Source of the DNA: Eledone cirrhosa
Taxonomy: Eukaryota
DNA length: 64,000 bases
Assembly (NCBI GenBank): GCA_964016885.1
Contig: OZ024742.1
Coordinates: 120,280,001-120,344,000 of the forward strand
Direction of reading: 5' to 3'
Shown: positions 27,676 to 41,605 of the stretch, piece after piece
Layout of the letters: each line of letters begins with the position of its first letter
Position numbering within the stretch: the stretch's first letter is position 1
The notes under the pieces: model-generated
Seen by the model: the letters and a program-made list of their open reading frames with translations, nothing else
Told to the model about the DNA's origin: nothing
The model's database searches: none
Translations under genes and position numbers: made by a program

Positions 27676-28454
27676 CATGCCGTTATATAGTGGTGGCAGC
27701 CTCCCATGCCGTACAATTATAGTGGTGGCAGCCTCTCATGCCGTACAATTATAGTGGTGGCAGCCTCCCATGCCATTATAGTGGTGGCAGCCTCCCATGC
27801 CGTACAATTATAGTGGTGGCAGCCTCCCATGCCGTACAATTATAGTGGTGGCAGCCTCTCATGCCGTTATAGAGGTGGCAGCCTCCCATGCCATTATAGT
27901 GGTGGCAGCCTCATATGCCATTATAGAGGTGGCAGCCTCCCATGCCATTATAGCGGTGGCAGCCTCATATGCCATTATAGAGGTGGCAGCCTCATATGCC
28001 ATTATAGCGGTGGCAGCCTCCCATGCCATTATAGTGGTGGCAGCCTCCCATGCCATTATAGTGGTGGCAGCCTCCCATGCCATTATAGAGGTGGCAGCCT
28101 CCCATGCCATTATAGTGGTGGCAGCCTCCCATGCCATTATAGTGGTGGCAGCCTCCCATGCCATTATAGTGGTGGCAGCCTCCCATGTCATTATAGTGGT
28201 GGCAGCCTCCCATGCCATTATAGAGGCGGCAGCCTCCCATGCCATTATAGTGGTGGCAGCCTCCCATGCCATTATAGCGGTGGCAGCCTCCCATGCCATT
28301 ATAGAGGTGGCAGCCTCCCATGCCATTATAGCGGTGGCAGCCTCCCATGCCATTATAGTGGTGGCAGCCTCCCATGCCATTATAGCGGTGGCAGCCTCCC
28401 ATGCCATTATAGAGGTGGCAGCCTCCCATGCCATTATAGAGGTGGCAGCCTCCC
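27676..28454. repeat. 27-bp GC-rich minisatellite, ~28 units
   Basis: Unit gccattatag(t/a/c)ggtggcagcctcccat; four 5' units carry a 5-nt insertion (32 bp). Confidence 0.95.
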
Positions 28455-28705
28455 AGCCCAGGTTTTGCTGCCCACCAGGCCAAACTGTTAAAGTATTGAC
28501 TGCTCTCTGATAGGTTTGTGGTAGAGCCTGTAGCAGTGGAGACTTCTGGTGTTCTTGGCCCTTGAACCACATCCCTGCTCATTACTATTGGATCAGAGTT
28601 GGCTTCCCACAGGTACGAGTCCCACAAGGTGTAGTCGTTATCCCAGCGTGTCTCCCTCACCATCCTCTGAAGGAATGTCTTCTTCATCCTGTCAGCCAAG
28701 ACCAC
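28455..28705 (+). mobile_element. CRE-like RLE retrotransposon 3' relic
   Basis: KY*LLSDRFVVEPVAVETSGVLGP*TTSLLITIGSEL...SQRVSLTIL*RNVFFILSA, matching the RLE end KY..P.AVET.G..G. Confidence 0.75.
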
Positions 28706-29399
28706 AAGGATAATGACAGAGTAGGATGGCAGTCTTGGGACTTAAAGGTTAATAATGGTGACACAAACACAATATAAATAAATCTTTTATATATTTCTAT
28801 CATGTAGGGTGCAGGAACATAAGCCCATTGTGAAGTCAATACCTCGACTTTGTGTAGCAACCCAATATGTTGACAACTTGTCCAAACCTTGGACCAGACA
28901 TTAGATGTTGATGATGTAGGATGGTGATATATGATAGTAATAAATGAAGACATAATATAATAAGAATGATATATGAACTTAATATCCTCAAGTAAATGTT
29001 TAAAAATTAGTGATATATTCTTTGAAACAGATGGAAAAAAAACTTGTTTTGTACAAATTTAAGGGGACAGGATTATTATGGGAAAAGAAAGCAGAAGAGA
29101 AAGCAGGGGAGGGGGTAGAACTTAGAAAAAAAACTGAATCAACAGAAAGAATCAGTAATCTTGATTTAGAGAATTAGGAAAGATTGGATCAAATCAAAGA
29201 AGACATTTGGATAATATTTTTGAGATTTTCAGGCATTATTTGGAGAAATATCAAATTACTCAATAATAGACCTGTTGTAATGAAAGGCTTGAAAATACCA
29301 AAAAAATATATTAAGGAATGAATCATCTTGAAATCACAATCATCATCATAATAGTCATGGTTTTCATGTTACATAAATGCATTACTTCACAGAACTTTT

Positions 29400-29760
29400 A
29401 AGGAGCAAGATGAAAAATTGATGCCTTTCTCAATGACATGAGATTGTTCTCATCAATAAAGATTTACATGCTTACAACACAGGTTTAGTGCTATATGGCA
29501 ATGAAATATAGATAATGAATATAAAAGACATAAAATATAGGAAATGAGGACGCTTGTAAGAACTGTTGGTTGTATAATGTGAATTTGCAAGGCAATGAAC
29601 TGGTATGAGATGTGTAAAGCAAGCAGATATAAAAGAGATTAAACTGTGTTAGCATGTAAAATTATTATATTGATTTAGATATGTAATGGGAACAAGTAAC
29701 AATGCCTTGAGTTGGTTGATGGTGGCCAGATCAAAAGAGACATAAAATTTTGGAAAGAAA
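29400..29760 (+). mobile_element. Highly decayed RTE C-terminal fragment
   Basis: Traces of the LYG.ET and W..NV coding segments resembling 7780-8120. Confidence 0.35.
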
Positions 29761-30847
29761 ACTGATCTTCAGCCCTACACAACTTCTAGAACATATATTT
29801 GGGGTGGAGGGATTTTCTTGGAAAATTATTAAACCATACCAACCAATACAAAGAACATAAAGGAAAAACTGATTAAGATTTGAAGTTTAAACTTGGATCA
29901 ATACTCTTAAGTGATTAATGTTGTTGTTTAGCTGTTATCAAGCAGATAAATCAAAGGGGTTCCAGTCATGACGATCCCTTCGGGATTTTTCCCAGACATT
30001 TCCAGCTGTACTAAAGAGAGGAAAACCTTGCTAGTAGTGATCTTCATGATAAACACAGCCAACACACTGGTAAGTAGTTGGTTAGAGGAGAATATCCAAC
30101 CATAGAAAACCTGCCAAATAGTGCCAAAGACATAAGAACCTCTTTAAAGCTAATGCCACAATAAAATGCACTCAGTACAGTGTGGGATCATATGTAAATG
30201 AGATGTGGGTCCCTAGCCCATCAGAGCAATGAACAGGTGCAGAAATATATGTAAACGAAATGCTGGCTCCCATTCCATCTGACAGGTCAGTAGCTCTGTT
30301 TTGAATGCTGATGTATCTGTGATAACCTGTCCAACCCTTACTAGCAGGGAAAACAGACATTAAAAGATACTGCTGCTGTTGGTGATGATGATGATGACAA
30401 CATCTAAAACTACATTATTCTATCTTCCCTTGCATTTTTAAAAGAGTAGGGAGATTTGGCTACTACTGCCAACAGGCCAAGTGCCAGTATAGGAGTTCCT
30501 TTATTAATTTCTTAAGTGGTTTATTTTAATTATATGTAGATGTATCATAGAAATTCAATATTACATACAGCTTGCACTGCAGGTATTCTCACCAACTGTC
30601 AACTGGGGATCAAAATAATAACATCTTCTGGCTGTACCATTCCCGCTAGCAGTGTCAAGCAACACTGGTACTACCAGGGAATATCCAAGCTCTTTTAGCT
30701 CAAACCATAACATGTTTCCACCTTTCACCTTTCCTGTTATCCATGCAGCCACTACACCAAACAAGGTGACAGCAATTTTGATGGTAACTTGAAGTTTTCT
30801 TCTTCAAACTTTGCTCTCAACTTTGATCTTTCTCTCACATACCTCTG

Positions 30848-31060
30848 TTATATCCATGCTGCTTCCCTCTCCAGTTCATGAATTACTACTCTGCTATTCT
30901 TCATAAGGTGGGATAATCTGGATGTAGGTACAAACATATAACAAACCCCCTTTACCGGAAACACTGTACACTGCCAACCTTGTGCCGTATTTGATTTCCT
31001 AATTCCTTTATGTTTCAGCACCATACTGCCCTCCCAAAGCACCATCAGCTAAAAAAGGAG
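30848..31060 (-). mobile_element. Hero-like RLE retrotransposon relic
   Basis: VLWEGSM..KHK..RKS...GWQCTVFPV..VC..FV...AAWI resembles the Hero-clade end TVPWE..AHERKR.KY..GW...FPVEVGCRGF. Confidence 0.45.
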
Positions 31061-31282
31061 GACTTTTTGGGGTCAAGTAAAGCTACACTATAAGGTCAGA
31101 GTGCTGCTTTCGTATTGCTTTCTTATTGTTGATAAATACTTTGAGACTTGACTTCCAGATCAACTTTTTTATGGAATAGATACAGAATTGCTCCTCTTAT
31201 GGATATTTATTTTATTCACTTCTTGTGTGTGCAACAAATTTAAGAAAACTGTGTGTGTGTCCATCCGTGTGTGTGTGCGTAT

Positions 31283-31390
31283 ATTAGTTGGCTTCTTTTA
31301 TTTTGTGTATACATTATATATATATATATAAAGATGCTCAGTTATACTCGTTTTAAATAAAATGTACACAAAAAAAAGAAGCCAACTAAT
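31283..31390. repeat. ~30-bp inverted repeat around a ~45-bp TA-containing spacer
   Basis: attagttggcttcttttattttgtgtatacatt (31283-31315) versus aatgtacacaaaaaaaagaagccaactaat (31361-31390). Confidence 0.8.
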
Positions 31391-32202
31391 TTGTGTCAAT
31401 TTACATACTGAATGTTTATGTCCATTTAGTGTCAGTCCTATCTAGAGACCTTACAAAAGAAATGTTGCTTACTGAACAGATAATATAAGGAATAATAGTC
31501 TGGGAAATTTACAAGAAAGCATCATATGATCTAAAATGTATAAATCTATACCTATATCTAGATTTCGTTTGTGAGTATACAAACAGACATGATCAATAAT
31601 AGCTAATAAATATATTCAAAGTTATATCAACAGTAACTACCTATTCTGACAAACCAACGATAAAATAAAATTAGACGAAGATACTTAGTTATTTGAAAGC
31701 GTCATGTGCTTAAGAAAGAAAGCAAAAAAGAAAATGGCCAGATGGAAAATATAAATAAATAAAAAGAAAATAAAATCAGAGATAAACCAAATTAATATTG
31801 ATTCCATTAGATCAAGACCTCCCATTTTCATATTGGAATATAATTGTCATAGAGTAGTTGTAACATCTCAGCACGACAAGGTTAATTATACAGAGTAAAA
31901 AGGTAGCTATGAAATTAATGGGTTTATTTCCTATCACAAATGGCAATAGAAAGACACAAACCAGGAGTAAATAAAATACAATGGATTTTCCTTTAACTTT
32001 TTATTTTTAATCTATGACAAAAAGAATCTGTTACATACGTTAATTTGACAAATAATATGAAATATTGATCATCATCATCATCATCATCATCATCGTTTAA
32101 CGTCCATCTTCCACGCTAGCCATTAGCCATTAGTTAGTTTACAGACAGATTAAAATTTATTAAATTCTTTTTTTTTCTATTATCATATATATATATATAT
32201 AT

Positions 32203-32820
32203 ATACGTGAACGACAAAGCATAAATGAATTGAGAGAGAGACTGAGCATAAGAGGAATCAAATGCTGCGTGCAGGAGAGGCGGTTACGCTGGTATGGACA
32301 TGTGATGCGTATGAAGGATGACAGCTGCATAAAAAGGTGCAGAGCACTAGAAGTTGATGGAAACCGCGGAGTGGGGAGACCCAAGATGACTTGGGATGAG
32401 GTGATAAAAGCCGACCTTACCCAACTACACCTCTCAAAGTCAATGACACACGACCGTGACTTCTGGCGTCACGCAGTAATACAGGGTACCCGACCTCCCA
32501 TGGGTACATGCTGAAGCATATAAACAATATGCCCCCCCCCCCCCCCACCGCAAGGTGGTCGTGGAGGTGCCACGGCAAAAAAGCACCCAGCCCACACTGT
32601 AAAGTGGACGTGTAGGCGCCACGAAAAAGCACCCAGCACTCACTGTAAATGAGGTTGGTGTTAGGAAGGGCATCCAGCTGTAGAAATCAAGCCAGATCAG
32701 TTCCTGTATGAGCAAGGCATGGTCAGCCGACCAGACACTGCCCACAACAGGACAACCCGTCTAACCCATGCTAGCGTGGAAGAACGGACGTAAAACGGTG
32801 ATGATGATGATGATGATGAT
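32203..32820 (+). mobile_element. 5'-truncated RTE family A copy
   Basis: ORF 32230..32514 (RLRWYGHVMRM, GRPK.TWDEVI), 3' UTR and (GAT)n tail; an inverted tail stub lies at ~32068-32120. Confidence 0.9.
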
Positions 32821-33349
32821 ATATATAATTTTAGTATGTGCATCTCGATTTTGGAATAGGTTCACCATATTCCTAATTATCACAATGGACAACGAAAAGG
32901 AGTGGCAATGTGAAGGTCATCCCTCCATACAACATTGCTCAAAAAAAAAAACCATGGTGTATATAATGAGAACACTAAGATGAGGCCTGCAGGGCTAAAC
33001 GCCACATTAGAAAGAAAATTGGCCCTATAATATTTGTTGTATCAGATATTCAAATTTAGATAAGATCTGTTTGTGGAACCTCAAATACATATTGCTTTTT
33101 ATGAGGCAAATACATTTTTTATTAAGTTTTAAATATATACATAAATAATGAAAATATAAACACAAATGAAAATATAAACACAAATATAAACACATATAAC
33201 AAATAAAATTAACTATTGCTAGGAAACTCACAAATACAACAGCCCAAAATATATGACCAGGGCGAGAGAAAGAAAAAAAAAAGGGGGGGGGGGCAAAAAA
33301 CAAAAATGACCATCAATTCACCAAGTGAGACGGAATATTTTGAGGTAAG

Positions 33350-33830
33350 CCAATGCACATGCAGCATTACCATGGGTGTTGGCGAAGGCTAAGGTGCTGA
33401 AACAACCAACCACATTTTTAGGCATCACCTGACACTTCAGTAAGGCGATCCACCAGTGATGACAAGAATTTTGCTATCTGCAGCTCAAATCCACCAAACA
33501 TCATGAATGCTACAGACTGGAAAAAATAATTGTTATGTAGCTCCTTATATTTTCGGATTTTATTCCATTCCACAGCAGAAGCAGTGACCCCCACATTTAC
33601 AGCCGCATCAGTCAATGACTGTGGCATCCTAGATGAGACACCCAGAGCTTGTGGAGTTGAGGGAACTACAACAGCAACATCTCAGACCCCAACAGACATC
33701 AGCTCCCACTTGGAATACAATGGATATGCCAAGCTCTTTACTGATGAGGAGACCACCAATGTTGGTCACAGGCAGGGCATCAATTAAGTCTCCCAAGAAC
33801 TTGCACTTGTAGAGAGTAAGCAACACCTAG
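33350..33830 (-). mobile_element. CRE-like RLE retrotransposon relic (Zn-knuckle lead-in + RLE end)
   Basis: ALPVTNIGGLL...VGADVC..RCCCC and ASAVEWNKIRKYKELHNNYFFQSVAF..FG...RL.EVSGD...GNAACAL. Confidence 0.7.
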
Positions 33831-34116
33831 AAAATTGATCAGAATGATCAAAGAGATATCATATGACTAACATTCTACTACATCAAAAAGATAATGCAAG
33901 GTGTACTTTTATTAATAAACTATATTCAGGGTATGAATAAGTTTCAATACTTGCAAATAAAAAAGAACATATTAAATGAGAAGGCAAGGAGGCTCAGATT
34001 TAATATACTTGGCTTGCTGATCTAAATGATAGGAGTAGAAACTGACAGATATTAGTCAATGGAAGAATGTACCTGTAGCAAAAGAAATGAATGGTAAAGT
34101 TTTATCTTATGATAAT

Positions 34117-34302
34117 TGTTTCTACTTTAGGCACAAGGCCAGCAATTAACCAGTACATTACTGGTACTTTATTTTATCGACCCCGTAAGGATGAAAGGCA
34201 AAGTTAACCTCGGCGGGATTTGAACTCAGATTGTAAAGGGACGTAACTATGCTAGAAAGCTTGGCGTCCAACCCTCTACTGATACTGCCAATTCACCGCC
34301 TG
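34117..34302 (-). mobile_element. Young full-length tRNA-derived SINE with 14-bp TSD
   Basis: A/B-box-like head (ggcggtgaattggcagtatcagtagag; gagttcaaatccc), core ctttcatccttacggggtcgataaaat; TSD tatcttatgataat at 34103-34116 and 34303-34316. Confidence 0.9.
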
Positions 34303-37300
34303 TATCTTATGATAATGAAGGTTATAATAAACAAGATGACACAGGATCAAATAAAGGAGTGAAATTATGTAATTCAGACATATTCAACTCGTAGCTATAC
34401 AATGATGATGGTGGTGGTGGTGGTTGTGGCGATGGTTGTGATGATGATGGAGATGATGATAGAGAAAAGACATGCATTATACTACTTCAGATTATTCAGG
34501 TGTCACATTCACTTTAGAGTTAAATAATTAGCAGTAGGAAATAATATAATCAACAATTTATAACAAATGTGTGCCTAGTGCATGTCAGTGGCCCTGAGCA
34601 ATGTTGCTGTAAATAATTACTAACAGAGGATATTGTTTTACCATTGTAAGTAGCAGGAGCATTATATAATCAACAAATGTTTTGATGACTTGTTATATTC
34701 CTTTGAGTAAAACGTGATAAATTGGCACATGTTTTACTGATTGGAAACATTATCTATTAACTATTTAATACCTTTAAAATTGAGATAAGCTCTAGAAAAT
34801 TTCAATATCTTCTGGTAAGCAGATGTAAATAATATGAAAAATTAAAAAAATAGAAAGATTAATTATAAGTATACAACAACAACAAACAATATTAACCAGA
34901 GTGTGGTGACAGCAGCAGGAGTAGAAGCAATATTGTTAGTTTTAAATTGATAAAATGCTGCTGATGCATGACATATATATGATAACATTAAAGTGATACA
35001 ATATTCTAACAAATTCTCTCTGGTTGTTGAAGCCAATCTTATATATTCTATTTCAAAAGACAATCTTACTAGATAGAGAATAGCTGTATCAGCATCACTG
35101 TCAGTTACTAATCCATTTAACCTGTTCTGAATAGTGAGGGGTTTCTGTCAATTTATTACTAAGATATTCTGCAAGAAAATCAATAGAAGCAAGCTTTCTA
35201 ACAGTAAGAATTCACTTTGGAATAAACTCCACATTTTTTTAGGAATATTCTCCTCCTTTTCAAGATTATATATATATATATATACATATATAAATGGGAA
35301 CATACCTACAATAGTAAATATAGAAATGAACTGGATGCCTTCATGTATCTTAGTTTACTGATTCAGTTAAATATCAGCAGAGTAAAGTTTGCCATTCTTT
35401 CCTTGAATATTGATAACATTAAATACCAACAATATACTGGAATGGATTTAATTAATTATAAACTCTTTTACAAAAACTGACAGACTGCTAAATTAAACAA
35501 AAACAACTACCAGCACAGCTGCCATCACTGCCACCATAAGCACTTTGTTGGCAGCATCTTGGGTTAGTGTCTTCCACTGCAGTCCCAGGTTGACCAAGGC
35601 CCTGGGAGTGAATTTGTTAGATGGAAGTTGTAGAAAGCCCATCATATATATATAATCATTTTATTTCCACTTTCCCTGCTAGCATTATATATTATTCAAC
35701 CCAAGCCAGCATGAAAAACAAATGCAAAATGTAACATGTGCATGTGTGTGCATGCATGTGCACATTTGCACACATGCTAAATACAGCAAGCACCACATCA
35801 GTACCATTTATAAAGCCTACAGAGATAGTTATTTATATGGACCATAAGCAATACATCCAGCAACATTTGTGGTTCATTAAACATTAAGAGCATATACCAT
35901 ACATACAATATGGTATGAATTGTCAGGAAGGACATCAGGCTGTAGAAAATCTGCCAGAAAAGATATCTTGTCTAAGCCATGCAAACCAGGGAAAACAGAT
36001 ATAAAAGAGATAGTAATTGAACACTAAGTAGTACAATAGTGTTCTATTTAAAGCTTAGGTGACATCATCATCAGTATTATCATTACTCAGTTTAAATGAA
36101 CGTAGCTCTTGGTGACTTTAATGGCATCCACCGTGTTGGAGATATTTGAACAATATCTCCAGTTTTGAGGATAACTCAATATCTTACACACTGCTTTTTA
36201 CTACAGCAATCCCTGAGTTCTTGTTGTTTCCTATCCATCTCTCTTTTTCTCTCTCTCACCCACACACATCAGTCTCATTCAACCAAAAATCATTAGCATC
36301 AATGCCAATTACTTCACTGAGCTTCAGCTCTAGACCCCCAGTGGATATCAAGAAATGAACATTACAATAAATGAACCAAGTTCACCCTGTCCATCATTGC
36401 TGATTACTACTAATATAACCTTCAGCTATATGTAAATAAAGTAGATATGAAAAAAATACGGTAGCCAGCTCTGGCAGACAAAACTTCTCTTTATAAGAAC
36501 CAACTGTTTGCATTACTTCTGCATAATGTAGTCCCAAATCAGATAACAAAAAATTACATATCTAAAATGTAAGACATATGGTTTGTTCTAAGCATTTGAT
36601 TTGCTAAGCTCACACCATGAATCTACTCAGAGCTGGCTGGATTTACACTATCACCACAACCAACATATTCAATTCTATTGAACCATAAATTTATACTAAT
36701 ATGAGAAAATCTCTCTCTCTCCCCCTCTCTCACACAGACACGGGCACACAGAAAATTAGACTACCCAAGATTATTTTCATTTCTAATTAAGTATTTAATC
36801 AGAATGATAGCAAAATGGGTCAAGTGTTTTATCAAAACATCTATTTTTCATTTAAATGTAAAAAACATCCATGCTTTCTTTATACACAACAGCAACAATT
36901 ACAGCAACATAAGTGATTAAGCAAATTTACTCTGACACAATTATTTCATTAGATATCTGCCAAGATCTCCTCAAAAAACAATGATAATAATGATAAATAA
37001 ATTTTTTTTAAATAAAAATACATCTTCCAAAAAATATTCATTTTAATTGAAACAACTGACTGATATACAAATGAGTTTTAAAAATGCAAATTAGATTTTA
37101 AAAGATAGCAGTAGTAGTAATGAAAATTATGATAATGCTACTAGCTGAAGAAAAGCTTAAATTGTTTACCTTTCCCCTTTTTTAATTAGTTAATATTCAT
37201 ATTTTTTTTTCTATGTCAAGGTTACTGTTGGCACCATTTTCTTAAATCTAGCTACGATTCCAACTAAGCATTCAACTGTGTAACCATGAATGTGGAACCG

Positions 37301-37613
37301 TTTGTCATATATGTACATAACCCTCTCAATATCATTGTTTGTTGTCTTATATGTGACCTCAGATCTTCAGATGACCTTTTCTGTTATTACTGCCTGTGTC
37401 CCCTTATCTCTTTCCTATATTGACTATTTCTCCCATAATAGACTATAACAGTTCAGTTGTTTCTCTTAAATATAAAGGCAAACAATTAATTGTACATCCA
37501 TTCACTCAACTCATATGTGCTCCATCTTCCATCCACAGGCTTTGAACTCCTGATGGCACTGTTCTCACATACAACATATCTTGCAAATTTAAACCTGCCA
37601 GAGTCCATATGTG

Positions 37614-37732
37614 AAGGCGCGTGGCTGAGTGGTTAGAGAATTGGATTCGCAATTGGGAGGTAGTGATTTTGATTCCCGGACCAGATGATGCATTATGTCT
37701 TTGAACAAGACACTTTATTTCACGTTGCTCCT
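37614..37732 (+). mobile_element. tRNA-headed SINE (second family), 5' part
   Basis: ggcgcgtggctgagtggttagag A-box, ttgattccc B-box, then aacaagacactttatttcacgttgctcc. Confidence 0.7.
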
Positions 37733-38324
37733 TCTGCCTGGATTTGTGACCAACAGATAGTATTAGCAATTAGAAAGACCAATGGAAACATTGTTTCCTC
37801 GGTGCGATTTGACGAGCTCCACCTCACTCATTAAGCGAATGAGGTCTGGGATCTTGTCGGTCGACTGTCAATAGAGTCCATTCTTCCCCATGTCTAAACA
37901 CAGTTGCTTTCTTACAGAGAGGGAAAGAGAAATTAAGAATAAGAAACAGGAAAAATTGATCAGAGTATTGGACTGGTACGTATTTATCAACCTTGAAAGA
38001 ATGAAAGGCAAAATTAATCTTGGCATGATATGAATATAGGGCTAGAACATGTACTATGTGACCTAATGACTGTCATCTCACTGCCTTATGCTCAATCATA
38101 CAAGTTAATATTACACATCCTATCTGAGCTTCCACATTCAATACCTATGTCTCATTACATGTAGCACCACATTCTTGAACATTTCAGTCTAAATTTACAC
38201 AGAGATATAGAGAGAATATTTGTTGCTAACAGAAATATCTGCTCCTTGATCTTGTTTAGTTTATATACTTTGATAATGTATCTTATCTGGTATATAAAAA
38301 TCCCCAAGAACATGTATCAAGAAT

Positions 38325-38497
38325 TGGCATGTATATCCGTGTAAGTTGCAGCTTTTTCCATGAAAATGCAATGTGAAAAACTAGCATGCAACTTATATAT
38401 ACTGGACCTAGAAAACCTCATTTCAAAACATATGGCATATTGTAAATAGTGTATGTAAAATTGAGGTGTGACCTATACACAAATATATATATAGTAT
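38325..38497. mobile_element. Degenerate Tc2/pogo-type MITE
   Basis: Similar to 1706..1868; right end gtgtgacctatacacaaatatatatatagta. Confidence 0.5.
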
Positions 38498-39589
38498 ATA
38501 AATCATTTCAACCTAAAAGCCTCTATGAACTATTAGAGATTATCATAGTAAGAGTTGTAGTTGACTGATTTTATCCCTTTCCATAAAAAATCCCCTGAAA
38601 CTACCCCTAATTCTATGATACAGAGTTATTTATTTTAAAATATTTATATTTATATAAAAACCTTCCATTTATGTAAGAAATGTTGTTAAGTTTTGTTCCA
38701 GCTTAATGAGACGAAGTCAGTTATATTACTAAAATATCTACAAACACTTGACTATTTTCAATGTTATTTGAAAATCATAGTGTCATTCATTAGAAATATA
38801 GTAATGATAGATTTATAGGGAGTTATATGATTAGTGAAGGGTTTATAACTCAGATTCTGTCACTAGTTCAGCACTCTATCCATTTTTTAAGAAATTTAAC
38901 TGACACTGTTTAAGTCCACAAATATGTAAACAGGTGATATAGATAGCTATAGCTTATTTTACTATGATAAACATAGTGGATTAATATGTAATTAACAACC
39001 ATATTTATTTTAGCTGGCAACTGTGATAGAATTGCTTACACTATGATGTGGCTTTCTTAAATTCTATCCACACTATGCTAAAGTGAACTGGATATGAATG
39101 GACTAGAGGTAATAAGAACCAATTTATCATTTCAACTTGAAGAAGGAAAACATTGCCATAAAATTAATATTAACTACATACATACATTTTTTTTACTGGT
39201 TCCTGTCATTAGACTGCATATATGTTGATGCTCAATCTTATTCCTACAAGTCTAGTACTTATTTTATTGAGTTTTACTTGTTGAACAGCTAAGTTACATG
39301 GTGTAAATGTAAACACATCACACACACACATGTACATGACAGGCTTTGGCAAAGTTTCTGCCTAGCAAATTTCACTCAGAAGACAGTGGCCAACTAGAGG
39401 CTATGCAGTGAAACTAAACCCCAAACCAAGTAGTAACAAAGCAATCTCCTTAACCACACAACCATACCTACATACAGCCACATATTAATTTTTTTTTAAA
39501 TGTTATTAGACAGCTAATTCAGATATTACATTTAATTATTGGTCCAGATACTTGCAACTGGGTGCAGTTAATTCTAACATCTGTTATTG

Positions 39590-39801
39590 TATTGGCAGAA
39601 TCGGTAGAGCGTTGGACATCATGCTTAGCAGCATAGAGTTGTGACACTTTATGTTCTGAGTTCAAATCCCATCAAGGTTAGCTTTGCCTTTCATCTTTAT
39701 GGGGTCGATAAAATAAAGTACCAGTCATGCACTGTGGTCAATTTAATTAACTTTCCCCTCCTCCCAAATTGCGGTCTTGTGCCTATAGTAGAAATCATTA
39801 T
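39590..39801 (+). mobile_element. Nin/Deu-core SINE
   Basis: attggcagaatcggtagagcg ... gagttcaaatccc ... gcctttcatctttatggggtcgataaaataaagtaccag ... cttgtgcctatagtagaaatcattatt. Confidence 0.8.
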
Positions 39802-40689
39802 TGTATAGTAAAATAAAACAAGAAATCAACTGGTATATATGTTTGAAGCACTGGAATACTGACCACATGGACTGGAGTTCAAAACTATAACTAAATATAT
39901 TTTGTTGCTGCATCTTGGGAAATACCTACAGTTCTGTTTGTCTACCTGACTGACAACTAATTCCATTCTCCAACTTCACAGTTCAGTGATTAACATGTTG
40001 AAAGGCATCAACGTGTGAAACAACTGTTCTAGAAATAACCAAGTGTACACATTATCAAAAACCTTCCACTCATGCTAGTAAAGAAAACTGATTTGAATCC
40101 ATAGTGGAGAATAAAATAGAACAAATGACAATAGAAAATGTTTTGGAGTTTATATAATGGGTATTGGATTTATAGAATTCTGCTTACATTTCATTAAATC
40201 ACCAATAAACAACTGAGGTGGTTGTACAAACTCTCTCAAACAATTTTTCACCTCAATGAAAGGTTTCGTAATAATTTGGCTGGATGAAATACACATGGGC
40301 AGAAGTATTTGAACCACATTCCTTGGCCTACTTCACAGAAGAGATGACAATGGAACAAGATGCAATGAAGAGATATATTTGTTGTGTTGCAGATCTGTAC
40401 AACATAAACAAGCAAAGCAAAAGAGATGTAAAAATGAGTTTATAATCAATTTAACTATTTCCTGACAAAACTCTCCCAAAATCTTTATGATTTATGAAAC
40501 CAAGCTGAGAAATATCAAATAAGAATATCAACACTAATCTCATTACTTACCCTTATTATAAGATGTGATTTCTCTAGATAAATACTAGCTTGACATCATC
40601 TAACAATTTTAACATGAAATTTATGTTCTCTGACTATTTTAGATATTTTTCCACATCACAATTTTTATATTTTCTTTAACTGCTTCACA

Positions 40690-41430
40690 ATCATGAATAG
40701 TGGCTCCAATGTGAAGGGATTTCAAAAGAAGAGCAAAAAAGAGAGAATTGGATATCTCAGTTTCAAATAGTGATAGCAATAACTCTGACAATAACATTTC
40801 TGATAATGGTAATGATAGTGACAATGGCAATAATAATGAAAGTGATTATTTCCCAGAAATAGAATGGAATAAAAAAAAAAATGTTTTTTTTTCCCTATTC
40901 AGAATCTTTTGGAAGAGACAAGACATAATCAAAGTCTTTCCGATGATTCAAAAGCAATTGATGATTTTTTTTCTCCCCAATTCAAATATTTCAGGCAATA
41001 ACTGTGAAAACACACTGATACACACAATGTAAACAAATAAAAAAATATATAGTGTTTGGTCTCCTGCATGCCAAGAAAAAATGTGTGCATTTTTAGCTAT
41101 AAACATCATTAAGGGCATTAGGAAGCTGGCCAGGATTACAAACAAGTGATTTACAGATAAACCCCTTAGCAATCAATGCTAGCAACATCATGACTTGAAT
41201 GTAAATTTTGAAGTTGTGTCAGTAAATGCTAATATGAGACACTACCAGTCAAATAGTATGTGGAGGAAATCATTATGACTCCTTATTTAAAATATCACCA
41301 CTCCTTGGCACTATATAAAGGACATTTAATTCATATTACCAACCAGTGAAAAAAAAAAAAGCAAACACACAAAAAGGAATGTTAAAGTGTTGAAGTGTGA
41401 GATGAGTGTTGGATAAAATGTGGTTAAATC
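40690..41430 (+). pseudogene. Ancient piggyBac-type transposase relic
   Basis: Acidic Ser/Asp-rich N-terminus, then frameshifted segments DSKAIDDFF, WSPACQEKMCAFLAINIIKGIRKL.RI, colinear with 47101..47620. Confidence 0.55.
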
Positions 41431-41551
41431 AGCATAGCCTATGGTACAATGTGATCTGAAAATTGTCACCTCCATACCAGTTTTGACCATTTTTCCAGTT
41501 CGGTCAAACTTGCAATGGATTTAGAAGTTGTAGCTATACACACACACAAAC

Positions 41552-41605
<54 letters not shown>

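Noticed and set aside
27797-28705. Four overlapping 220-237-aa repeat ORFs (e.g. CHYSGGSLP, YNGMGGCHH)
   Set aside because: A stop-poor 27-bp unit is open in several frames on both strands; the unique tails are RLE retroelement sequence or its antisense.
37614-37685. tRNA-like sequence
   Set aside because: SINE head; no complete cloverleaf, and it continues into SINE body sequence.
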